Below are positions 48,822-57,416 of a DNA stretch of 64,000 bases, piece by piece. The notes under the pieces were generated by a model. That model was given only the letters and a program-made list of their open reading frames with translations. It searched no databases and had not been told where the DNA came from. Position numbers and translations under genes: made by a program. How positions within the stretch are numbered: the first letter of the stretch is position 1; each line of letters begins with the position of its first letter. The stretch comes from Patescibacteria group bacterium (GTDB lineage Bacteria; Patescibacteriota; Microgenomatia; UBA10105; UBA927), in NCBI GenBank assembly GCA_038063875.1, contig JBBTUH010000002.1, positions 78,451 to 142,450 of the forward strand, written 5' to 3'.

Positions 48822-49574
48822 TTATTTATATCTTCCTCTCAAAGCGTTTATTCTTATATGTACGATATCTATAAAACCTCGTATGCTATCTTTTATAGGA
48901 TTGACCCTACGGGTTTCTACATAATGCCACTCCACAGGAACTTCTTTAATAGAATATCCAAATTTCTTCGCCAAAAAGAGTACCTCTATATCAAATCCTG
49001 CCGTCACCATCGGACCATCTACCTCTGCATTTGTGTTATACACTGAGAGTTTTTTAAATATCTTTGTAGACACTTCTCGTCTAAATGCCTTAAATCCGCA
49101 CTGTGTATCCGTAATACCCCTAAGCCCTAAAACGATCGATCGGATCATCATAAATCCGCGAGCCATAATAACCCGAGACAAAGGTGCGCCCTGTCGATCA
49201 CGATTTCTCGACCCGATCACCACGTCATACCCTTTATCAAAATACAGTAATAACTTCTCAAGCTCCACGATAGGTGTTGCCTGATCTAGATCTGAAAACA
49301 ACACAATGTCGCCTTTTGCTTTCAGCATTCCAGCAATCACCGTACCCGCCTTTCCACGATGCGTATTATGAAGGATGGTAAATCCAACGTTTGCTCGAGA
49401 AAAAGCGTCAAGAAGTTTCGGTGACTGATCAGTTGATCCATCATCCACGATGATAACTTCCCATGAAAATTTCTGTCGCTCGAGATACCGTGTGACTTTA
49501 TCCAAAGACCCAAGGCGAATATTAGTCTCCTCATTAAAACACGGTATGATGACTGATAAATAGAGATTATTCAA
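48822..49574 (-). CDS. GT2-family glycosyltransferase, DPM1/GtrB-like putative polyprenyl-phosphate sugar synthase
   Basis: Motifs seen are LSVIIPCFNEETNI, IIVDDGSTDQS, FSDLDQATPIVE and TDTQCGFKAF. Confidence 0.7.
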   Translation of the reverse strand: MNNLYLSVIIPCFNEETNIRLGSLDKVTRYLERQKFSWEVIIVDDGSTDQSPKLLDAFSRANVGFTILHNTHRGKAGTVIAGMLKAKGDIVLFSDLDQATPIVELEKLLLYFDKGYDVVIGSRNRDRQGAPLSRVIMARGFMMIRSIVLGLRGITDTQCGFKAFRREVSTKIFKKLSVYNTNAEVDGPMVTAGFDIEVLFLAKKFGYSIKEVPVEWHYVETRRVNPIKDSIRGFIDIVHIRINALRGRYK

Positions 49575-51126
49575 TGATGGTGTCCTTCTTCCCAGTAAAA
49601 TGTACCAACTTCATTATACGTACAAATGAGGATGGCCACTCACCGACTATTTCTGCACGACCAAATCCTGCTATCTCCCACAACGGATGACCGAGAGGTT
49701 TACACTCTGGCTGATCACATATGATGATTAGTTGTTCTGTGACAGTCTTACGGTCTGGGTCTATGTCCGTTCGCTCTATAGTGACCGGTGGATTTCCCCA
49801 TATCTCAAAAAAATATCGATACACATGATCAGAATTAAAATTAGCAAGCAATGCAAAATTAAATGGTTTACCTTCAGCCTTGTCAAACGCGTCCTTGGCT
49901 ACCATCCGTGCTTGCGCTAATTGATTATTTGGTGGCGCCACAAATGGCCTTCCTTGCCAATTAAAAAACAGCAGAGCACTCAATAATACCCCAGCGACCA
50001 TAAAACCAATTTTTGAACTTGAAAGAACACGAAACAGCATGGCAACCAGTAAAAACGGTAATGGGAAAAAAATACCGAAGTAATAATCATATATTCCTTT
50101 TTTATATAACCCAAACAACATAAGTGGTATAAAAAACCACAACCCAAATAATACGATTGATCTATACCATTTTTTTGAAGCGCTTAAGAAGCCTAAAAGA
50201 TAACTTATAATAAGTGCCACTGACGACCACAAAGGAAACTTAATAACGCTCTCATAGAGTACGCGACTAGTTACAGACGCATTGACGAGTTGTTCAGGCG
50301 GGGGCAGTCGAAACACGAGCCTTCCAAACAATCGATATGAGACATCGGTAATGATGGCTATAAATTGATTTGAGGTAAAGCCAGTATCATTGCCTGCAAG
50401 GATAAATCGCGTAATAGAAATCGTGTTTGGAAATCCGTGTCGCAACTCAAACGCCAAAAACGGTGCATACCCTACAAGAAATCCTACAATCACAAACGCA
50501 TACAATTTCAAGTATTTTTTGCTTCTCCCATACAACAAAAACCATACCAAAACTACAGGGAACAAAAAGAAAAAAAGATAATGTAATTGTATGCCAATCC
50601 CTAAAGTAACGCCGATCAAAAAAAGTGATCGTTTAGAAACATCTATGGATACTTTCCATAGAAGGTATATAAGTGATAATGCAAAAAAGGGTACGACATT
50701 TGGATTCCATGAAGATCGTGAATACGCGATGATAAGCGGCGACATGCTGTATAACGCTGCAGCCACCAAACCCACTGACACATCCACCATGTCTTTTCCT
50801 GCCTTATATAACAAAATCACGGTTGCGATCCCAAAAAGTCCTACCATAACAGCCGCTCCAGCAGGATTTAAACCAGATACCCACACAAACGGCATCATGA
50901 AATAATAGTACATTGGTCCCAAAAAAAACCCTCCGACGGAAGCAGTTGGTCCCAAAAGCGTAAATTTATGATCGACAATCATGCGTTTTACGACCAACAT
51001 GTCCCTGCCCTCATCTCCCAAAAACGTCATGTATTCAGAAACTCTGTACAACCGAAGATACGCGGCAACCAAAACTAACCCAAAAAGGAGTATGTGGTGC
51101 CAATGAGCAAATATGAAGCGCTTCAT
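49567..51126 (-). CDS. ArnT/PMT_2-like GT-C membrane glycosyltransferase (paralog of 22207..23700)
   Basis: The N-terminal motif is YMTFLGDEGRDMLVVKRMIVDHKFTLLGPTASVGGFFLGPMYYYFMMPF. The protein is 519 aa and polytopic. Confidence 0.55.
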   Translation of the reverse strand: MKRFIFAHWHHILLFGLVLVAAYLRLYRVSEYMTFLGDEGRDMLVVKRMIVDHKFTLLGPTASVGGFFLGPMYYYFMMPFVWVSGLNPAGAAVMVGLFGIATVILLYKAGKDMVDVSVGLVAAALYSMSPLIIAYSRSSWNPNVVPFFALSLIYLLWKVSIDVSKRSLFLIGVTLGIGIQLHYLFFFLFPVVLVWFLLYGRSKKYLKLYAFVIVGFLVGYAPFLAFELRHGFPNTISITRFILAGNDTGFTSNQFIAIITDVSYRLFGRLVFRLPPPEQLVNASVTSRVLYESVIKFPLWSSVALIISYLLGFLSASKKWYRSIVLFGLWFFIPLMLFGLYKKGIYDYYFGIFFPLPFLLVAMLFRVLSSSKIGFMVAGVLLSALLFFNWQGRPFVAPPNNQLAQARMVAKDAFDKAEGKPFNFALLANFNSDHVYRYFFEIWGNPPVTIERTDIDPDRKTVTEQLIIICDQPECKPLGHPLWEIAGFGRAEIVGEWPSSFVRIMKLVHFTGKKDTIIE

Positions 51127-51133
51127 GAAAAAT

Positions 51134-52246
51134 TTACTTTGACTTCCAAATTACGCGAGAATACATCAGATAATTCCAAACAAGTCCTATACTCACACCC
51201 AACATATACCAAAGAAAATAGGTATCCAGTCCCGTGATGTGTGTACCTATAAATACTGTTCCAGATTGGATAGATAACCCACCAAAAGCAGCTACATTAA
51301 ACTGTACGAATTTCGGCAACAAGGCCAATCCACGAATTTTACGATGATGAAATGTCCATGTATTGTTTAAAATAAAATTAGAGACGATAGCAAACTCCGC
51401 GCCAGTGGCACTTCCAATTGCCGGATGAAATCCGGATTTCACTAAAAATTCCAGAATCACTGTATTGATCAAAAATCCGATAGCTCCAACAACAGCAAAC
51501 CTCGGAAATGATCCCTTCATAAGAGCTATATATCGTGAAGACAAAACGAATGAAATAATACTGAGAATATATTCAAGCGGTGCAATTTTAGATCGTCCAA
51601 AGCGCCTGTCTATAAACCGAATAGGAACCTCTGCCACCTTGGCGCCATTTTGCATCGATGTATACAAAAATGCAATTTGAAAAACATAGCCGCTGTACGG
51701 CGAAACGACGACTTTTGCTTTCTGAAAGTACGACGTATAAAACGCTCGATAGCCACCAGTCCAATCATGAACAGTCGTTTTGCCTAATCCGAAACGCACA
51801 AATGTATTTCCTATGACGCTATAAATTTTTCGATGGAGCCCCCAATTCTCTGGTATAGAACCCCCCTTTATATATCTGCTTCCAACTGCAAAATCATACC
51901 CACTTTGTAGTTTCTCTATAAATTGAGGCAATACCGTTGGGTCATGCGACATATCAGCGTCCATTTGTATAAGCATATCGGCGTTTAGTGTATCCACTGC
52001 ATAGGTCATCCCTGCAAGAAGCGCTTTACCCAAACCTTCTTTTTTGCCTGATAAAATATAGACATTTTTATGCGTCTTTTGAAACGCAAGTACGGCAGTC
52101 TTTGTGCCATCCGGCGATGTATCATCGACCACCAATATTTTGAAGGCTATATGAGGAATGGAAGCAATAACCTCGGTTACCGCTTCCAACATAGTTGTGA
52201 TGTTCTCCCGCTCGTTGTATGTCGGTAAGATTATGACTGCGTTCAT
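51134..52246 (-). CDS. GT2 polyprenyl-phosphate sugar synthase (DPM1/GtrB-like) fused to a C-terminal GtrA-like 4-TM domain
   Basis: The N-terminal motifs are VIILPTYNERENI, VVDDTSPDGT, QMDADMSHDP and GSRY. The C-terminal roughly 120 aa contain four hydrophobic helices (FAVVGAIGFLINTVILEF...FVQFNVAAFGGLSIQSGTVFIG), as seen in GtrA-family proteins. Confidence 0.65.
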   Translation of the reverse strand: MNAVIILPTYNERENITTMLEAVTEVIASIPHIAFKILVVDDTSPDGTKTAVLAFQKTHKNVYILSGKKEGLGKALLAGMTYAVDTLNADMLIQMDADMSHDPTVLPQFIEKLQSGYDFAVGSRYIKGGSIPENWGLHRKIYSVIGNTFVRFGLGKTTVHDWTGGYRAFYTSYFQKAKVVVSPYSGYVFQIAFLYTSMQNGAKVAEVPIRFIDRRFGRSKIAPLEYILSIISFVLSSRYIALMKGSFPRFAVVGAIGFLINTVILEFLVKSGFHPAIGSATGAEFAIVSNFILNNTWTFHHRKIRGLALLPKFVQFNVAAFGGLSIQSGTVFIGTHITGLDTYFLWYMLGVSIGLVWNYLMYSRVIWKSK

Positions 52247-52261
52247 AAAGTTTTCTAGAGG

Positions 52262-53218
52262 CTAAACGCGCGCTCTCCAGTATTCAAGAAGGTCTTTTAG
52301 CGTCTTCTCAAAGGGGATTTCTGGTTGCCATCCAGTTTTGTCGACAAACATAGAATTATCGCCTATCAGGATTGGCACATCAGACGGTCTCATACGAGCT
52401 GGATCTTGTTTAATTTGTACTTTCACAGTCGAGAAAGACAAAAGCATATCTAAGACCGTCTTAATCTTAAACGCTTTACCCGTACAAATATTGTATACCT
52501 GCCCTGCGTCACATTTCTCGACAGCAAGTGTGTATGCTCTGACCATATCTCGTACATCTGTGTAGTCTCTTTCCGCATCGAGGTTTCCCACAGAAATGAC
52601 AGGTTCCTGCTTACCCTTTTCAATAAGCGCAATTTGCTTAGAAAACGTGCTTTCTGCAAACGTCTCACCTCTTCGAGGACCTGTATGATTAAACCCTCTA
52701 GTTCTCACTATTTTGAGCTTATATGATTCGAAGTACTGGTATCCTAAATAATCCATCGCTACCTTTGATACAGCGTATGGTGAGAGTGGTCGTAATGGAT
52801 TCGTTTCCTTTATCGGTACTTCGCTCGGAAACACCATACCATACTCTTCAGAAGAACACGCAATTTGTATAACTGGATTAATACCCGCTTGCTTGACCGC
52901 TTCAAAAAGATTTGCAGAACCGACGATATTTACCTCAAGGGTAATAGCGGGAGATCCCCATGACGTCGGCACGAAGGACTGCGCAGCCAAGTGATAAATC
53001 ACATCTGGCTTCATTTCGCTGATCGTCGCATACAAGCTATGTGAATCCATCAAATCTGCATCGACAAGTTTGATTTTGTCTTTTATGTGCTCGATATGAT
53101 CGGTTTTACTTCGGTGTCTATATAAGCCGTATAACTCAATGTCTTTTTGCGTCAATAAATATTCTGCCAAATGACTTCCCACGAACCCTGTCACGCCTGT
53201 AATTAATACTTTTTTCAT
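52262..53218 (-). CDS. GDP-mannose 4,6-dehydratase/GDP-4-keto-6-deoxymannose reductase-like enzyme (Gmd/Rmd family, short form)
   Basis: The segments LITGVTGFVGSHLAEYL, HLAAQSFVPTSW, SPYAVSKVAMDYL, FNHTGPRRGETF, QDPARMRPSD and TGWQPEI closely parallel the Gmd blocks (FNHESPRRGETF) and the Rmd blocks (HLAGQTYVPEAF, QDPARMR, TGWKPEI). Confidence 0.65.
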   Translation of the reverse strand: MKKVLITGVTGFVGSHLAEYLLTQKDIELYGLYRHRSKTDHIEHIKDKIKLVDADLMDSHSLYATISEMKPDVIYHLAAQSFVPTSWGSPAITLEVNIVGSANLFEAVKQAGINPVIQIACSSEEYGMVFPSEVPIKETNPLRPLSPYAVSKVAMDYLGYQYFESYKLKIVRTRGFNHTGPRRGETFAESTFSKQIALIEKGKQEPVISVGNLDAERDYTDVRDMVRAYTLAVEKCDAGQVYNICTGKAFKIKTVLDMLLSFSTVKVQIKQDPARMRPSDVPILIGDNSMFVDKTGWQPEIPFEKTLKDLLEYWRARV

Positions 53219-53229
53219 AATTCCTCCTT

Positions 53230-54543
53230 TTACATTCTACCTACACCATAATACATAAAGCCAAGCTCGCGAACCCGAGTTGGCTCATAAATGTTGCGAC
53301 CATCAAATAATACCAAATCTTTCATGCCTTTGGCTAGACGCACAAGATCTAATTGTCGAAATTCGTTCCACTCTGTCACAATCACGACCGCATCTGCATC
53401 TTTGGCTGCATCGTATGCATCACTTGCATACGTGACGGTTTTTCCTAATATCTGTTTTGCATTCAAAAGTGCAATCGGATCAAATACGCGTATATCAGCG
53501 CCTTTTGCAACCAACGATTTAATAATTTCAATCGATGGCGCATCACGCATATCATCTGTGTCTGGCTTAAACGCCAAACCCAATACCGCAATTTTTCTGG
53601 CTTTCAGCTTCCCGTCAAAATGTTTGACAATCTTTCCCACAAAATGTTCATGCATAGTTTTGTTGATATGTGTCACTTCCTTTAGAAGAGAAAAATCATA
53701 CCCGCAATCCTCTGACAGCGCCACGAGTGCTTTGACATCTTTCGGGAAGCAACTCCCTCCGTATCCTACCCCCGGATACATAAAGCTTCTCCCTATGCGC
53801 CTATCAAGCCCGACTCCTTCTAATACTTTTTCCGCATCAGCGCCCACTTTCTCAGACAAAAGTGCTATCGCATTAGCAAAAGAAATTTTTGTCGCAAGCA
53901 TTGAATTTGATGCATATTTGATAAGTTCTGCGGCCTCGACATTACAAAGCACTACTTTGCCATCTATGGGCTTGTGAAGCTCCAAGAGTAAATCTCGTGC
54001 GCGATCTGATGTGGTACCGATGACGACGCGATCTGGATGAAGCGTATCTGACAGTCCAGAACCTTCTCGCAAAAATTCAGGAACAGACGCAATCGCCACT
54101 GATCCACCCTCTGGCAGGACTGACTGCAAAAGCGAGAGAACTTTCTTCCCAGTCCCTGGTGGTACGGTACTTTTAGTAGCGACTACTTTATATCCGACGA
54201 TATTTTTTCCGACTTGCCTAACTGCCGTAAATACACTGGACAGATCTGCCTCACCATTTTCTTTTGGCGGTGTACCAACGGCTATAAAGATTATCGTGGA
54301 CTTCTCCACTGCTTTCTTATAATCGAGCGTAAAGATAAGTCTGCCCGCTTTGAGGTTTCGGTTTAATACTTCGGATAATCCCGGTTCATAGATGATCGGG
54401 TCGCCGTGTTGCAACCGTTCGATTTTCTCTGGCGTCCTTCCAACTACCCACACCGTGTTACCAAGCTCTGCAAATACTGCAGCGGTAACGAGTCCAACAT
54501 ACCCATGACCAACAAATGTAATAGTCATATGCCTAGTATACAC
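53230..54543 (-). CDS. ugd: UDP-glucose 6-dehydrogenase (nucleotide-sugar dehydrogenase family)
   Basis: It has the N-terminal Rossmann motif ITFVGHGYVGLVTAAVFA and the active-site motif GGSCFPKDVKAL, which is typical of Ugd/TuaD. Confidence 0.8.
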   Translation of the reverse strand: MYTRHMTITFVGHGYVGLVTAAVFAELGNTVWVVGRTPEKIERLQHGDPIIYEPGLSEVLNRNLKAGRLIFTLDYKKAVEKSTIIFIAVGTPPKENGEADLSSVFTAVRQVGKNIVGYKVVATKSTVPPGTGKKVLSLLQSVLPEGGSVAIASVPEFLREGSGLSDTLHPDRVVIGTTSDRARDLLLELHKPIDGKVVLCNVEAAELIKYASNSMLATKISFANAIALLSEKVGADAEKVLEGVGLDRRIGRSFMYPGVGYGGSCFPKDVKALVALSEDCGYDFSLLKEVTHINKTMHEHFVGKIVKHFDGKLKARKIAVLGLAFKPDTDDMRDAPSIEIIKSLVAKGADIRVFDPIALLNAKQILGKTVTYASDAYDAAKDADAVVIVTEWNEFRQLDLVRLAKGMKDLVLFDGRNIYEPTRVRELGFMYYGVGRM

Positions 54544-55405
54544 TCTCTTGTGCTTTCATTGCAGCAAGACCGTCATGAAATGTTTTCATCGATACACCAA
54601 TGGCTTGTATTTTACTATTTGATAACGACGCGTATTGTGGAACCGGTGCTCTATGCAAAAAATACTCACGAAATGTTGTTTTTTTTATCAGCTCCTCCGG
54701 AAAACCATATTGCTCTGCGATTTCTTTGGCAGTATTGTACGGCGAAAGCGAATCATCTCCGACGACATGGTACAGCCCATATGCCTTCTTTTGCAATAAC
54801 GTGTCAATTGCAATCGCGATATCATCCACAAAAGTCGGCACAAACAACTGATCAGTAGGTGCTACGATATCGCTTCCTGCTGTCAGACGATCGATCATTT
54901 TATGAACAAAATCCTTTTTTCCTATCGGGTTACTTCGATATGGATTTGCAATCCGAATGACTAGACCGTGTATACCAAGCGACAACACGTGCTTAGCACC
55001 TTCAGTTTTTGTAATAGCATACCAACCTTCTGGATTTGGTGTATCTGTCTCTTCATATATCTTTTTCGTACCATCAAATGCGTAGTCTGTATCGATATAC
55101 AACAAATGCTTTCGTGTGGTGTGACAAATCTCCACAATATTTTTTGTCGCCTCTACATTTACCTGCCACGCAACACTTTCTTTTCCTTTCTCGCGCTCCT
55201 TCTCTGCTTTTTGTACATCAGTGTATGCCGCAAGATGAAAAACCCAATCAGCAGTGCTTTTGGTAAGTACATCAAATACACTCTTGTGATTAGTAATATC
55301 GATACCATTTTCTAATCCTAACGATTCAAATCGTATATGATCAGAGAGAAGTTCGATTATTCTTGAACCCACAAGTCCTGATAATCCTGTCCCTATGACA
55401 TTCAT
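54533..55405 (-). CDS. dTDP-4-dehydrorhamnose reductase-like enzyme (RmlD family)
   Basis: The segments HLAAYTDVQKAEKE, YIDTDYAFDG, YAITK (YxxxK) and GLYHVVGDD parallel RmlD (AAAHTAVDKAESE, YSTDYVFPG). The start was set at MNVIGTGLSG (55405), which gives an ATGA overlap with rmlB. The ORF track extends it to 55444. Confidence 0.6.
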   Translation of the reverse strand: MNVIGTGLSGLVGSRIIELLSDHIRFESLGLENGIDITNHKSVFDVLTKSTADWVFHLAAYTDVQKAEKEREKGKESVAWQVNVEATKNIVEICHTTRKHLLYIDTDYAFDGTKKIYEETDTPNPEGWYAITKTEGAKHVLSLGIHGLVIRIANPYRSNPIGKKDFVHKMIDRLTAGSDIVAPTDQLFVPTFVDDIAIAIDTLLQKKAYGLYHVVGDDSLSPYNTAKEIAEQYGFPEELIKKTTFREYFLHRAPVPQYASLSNSKIQAIGVSMKTFHDGLAAMKAQESVY

Positions 55406-56394
55406 AATGTTGTGGCGTATTTGCCCGACTTCACCCGTTGCCACCAGTCTGGATTATTTTTATACCAGTCCACGGTAATTTTTAGCCATGTATCAAAATC
55501 ATGCTGTGGCTTCCACCCTAATTCATTTTGAATTTTTCCCCAATTCACTGCATATCGTCGATCATGACCTAATCGATCTTTCATAAACTCGACACTACTT
55601 ATATCTTTGCCAAGAAGTGACACGATCTTTTCTACAATCGTGAGATTATCCATATCCGATGTAAGACCGCCGACACAATACGTCTCACCGACACGACCTT
55701 TTGAAAGCACAATATCTATTGCGCGACAATGATCTTCGACATAGAGCCAATCACGAACATTTTTACCGTCACCGTATAAAGGAACGCGCTTGCCTTCCAA
55801 TAAATTAGTAATCACAAGAGGGATAAGCTTCTCTGGGAACTGGTATGGACCATAATTATTGGAACAATTAGTAATAGTGATTGGTAAACCAAATGTATGA
55901 TAATACGCACGAACCAAATGATCTGAAGAGGCTTTACTAGCCGAATACGGACTTCTGGGGTCATATGATGTTCGTTCATCAAAAGTACTCGAATCACCTA
56001 GTTTAAGCGACCCGAACACTTCATCCGTCGATACATGATGAAAACGCGATACTTTAGCACTCAGTGCCGCATCCAACAGAACCTGTGTTCCCAGCACATT
56101 TGTCCGCACAAATGGTGCTGCATCCTGTATCGAGCGGTCTACATGACTCTCAGCCGCAAAATGGACGACGACGTCGATCCCTGCCATCGCCTTCTTCACT
56201 TCTTGTGGATTACAGATATTTCCCTGAATAAACGTATACTGACTGTTCTGCTCAACAGCCTTTAAATTTTCTAAATTTCCCGCGTAGGTGAGCGCATCAA
56301 AATTAACGATGGCATCCGCCGGATGTTGGGCGAGCCAATAATGAATGAAATTTGATCCAATAAATCCAGCACCCCCTGTAACGAGAAGTTTCAT
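55402..56394 (-). CDS. rfbB: dTDP-glucose 4,6-dehydratase
   Basis: Motifs seen are MKLLVTGGAGFIGSNFIHYWL, HFAAESHVDRSI and YSASKASSDHLVRAY, which is the canonical RmlB block. Confidence 0.85.
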   Translation of the reverse strand: MKLLVTGGAGFIGSNFIHYWLAQHPADAIVNFDALTYAGNLENLKAVEQNSQYTFIQGNICNPQEVKKAMAGIDVVVHFAAESHVDRSIQDAAPFVRTNVLGTQVLLDAALSAKVSRFHHVSTDEVFGSLKLGDSSTFDERTSYDPRSPYSASKASSDHLVRAYYHTFGLPITITNCSNNYGPYQFPEKLIPLVITNLLEGKRVPLYGDGKNVRDWLYVEDHCRAIDIVLSKGRVGETYCVGGLTSDMDNLTIVEKIVSLLGKDISSVEFMKDRLGHDRRYAVNWGKIQNELGWKPQHDFDTWLKITVDWYKNNPDWWQRVKSGKYATTL

Positions 56395-56398
56395 GGTA

Positions 56399-57151
56399 CT
56401 AAAACGTTCCTTCCTTCACCCGTTTTGCAACTTGAACGTTTGCTAAGAGTAGCTCGTCGTGTGATGTCCCTGCATCTACCCACCAGTTGATAATTTCACA
56501 ACCAAGTGTACCCTCTTGTAGGTATTTATTATTAAGATCCGTAACTTCAAGCTGCCCTCTCTGTGAGGGAGTAAGCGACCGTACAAAGTCAAAGACACGA
56601 TCGTCGTACATATAAATACCCGTTTGTGCGATGTCTGATTTCGGTTTTTCTGGTTTCTCCTCTACCGAGAGAACTTTGCCTGAATCGTTCATCTCTATCA
56701 CGCCATATTGTTGTGCATCCATATCACTTCGTTTTACACCAAACAACATCGCTCCTTTTTTCTCTGTTGTAAGCCTTGCTTCAAACCGCTTAATCGAAGA
56801 CGCCAAATCGAAATTAAATATGTTATCTCCAAGGATGACCAAGAGTGGTTGTTTATGTGCAAACTCCTCTGCCAATGATAAGCCATCTGCTATACCACCT
56901 GTCGGATTTTTTTGAATTGCATAGTACAATCGTAATCCGAAGTCATCGCCTGACTTTAAAAGGGTTGCGAAGTCACCGACATGATCACCGCTTGTGACGA
57001 TGAGCACTTCCTTCATCCCTACCTTTTGCATCATTTCTAAGGGATAATAAATCATCGGCTTATTGTAGACGGGGAGCAAGTGTTTATTGGTCACCCATGT
57101 CAACGGTCTAAGTCGCGTCGCTAATCCACCTGCTAAGATAACACCTTTCAT
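56399..57151 (-). CDS. rfbA: Glucose-1-phosphate thymidylyltransferase (short form, 250 aa)
   Basis: The segment MKGVILAGGLATRLRPLTWVTNKHLLPVYNKPMIYYPLEMM...VILGDNIF closely parallels RmlA (MKGIILAGGSGTRLYPIT...KQLLPIYDKPMIYYPL...VLGDNIF). Confidence 0.8.
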   Translation of the reverse strand: MKGVILAGGLATRLRPLTWVTNKHLLPVYNKPMIYYPLEMMQKVGMKEVLIVTSGDHVGDFATLLKSGDDFGLRLYYAIQKNPTGGIADGLSLAEEFAHKQPLLVILGDNIFNFDLASSIKRFEARLTTEKKGAMLFGVKRSDMDAQQYGVIEMNDSGKVLSVEEKPEKPKSDIAQTGIYMYDDRVFDFVRSLTPSQRGQLEVTDLNNKYLQEGTLGCEIINWWVDAGTSHDELLLANVQVAKRVKEGTF

Positions 57152-57167
57152 AGTACTTTCCCTTTCT

Positions 57168-57416
57168 TTATAGTGACAATGTCAACATCAATACGAGCGC
57201 TATCGCCCCAATGAGGATATATTCTATCACAATTTTTCGATGAAGATTACCAATCATCATATGGTGGATAATACCCCACAATACATACCCAATTGTCGTA
57301 CAGAGACCAACAACCATTTGTGCAGTGGTGTTGCCCCGCATGAGATAAAACATATATATACCAAGGCCGAGGATACCCAATAATACTCCGCCATGCATCA
57401 GTCGATCTTTTTTCAT
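57168..57416 (-). CDS. Small membrane protein (82 aa, 2-3 transmembrane segments)
   Basis: It is hydrophobic throughout and makes an ATGA overlap with the upstream gene. Confidence 0.45.
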   Translation of the reverse strand: MKKDRLMHGGVLLGILGLGIYMFYLMRGNTTAQMVVGLCTTIGYVLWGIIHHMMIGNLHRKIVIEYILIGAIALVLMLTLSL

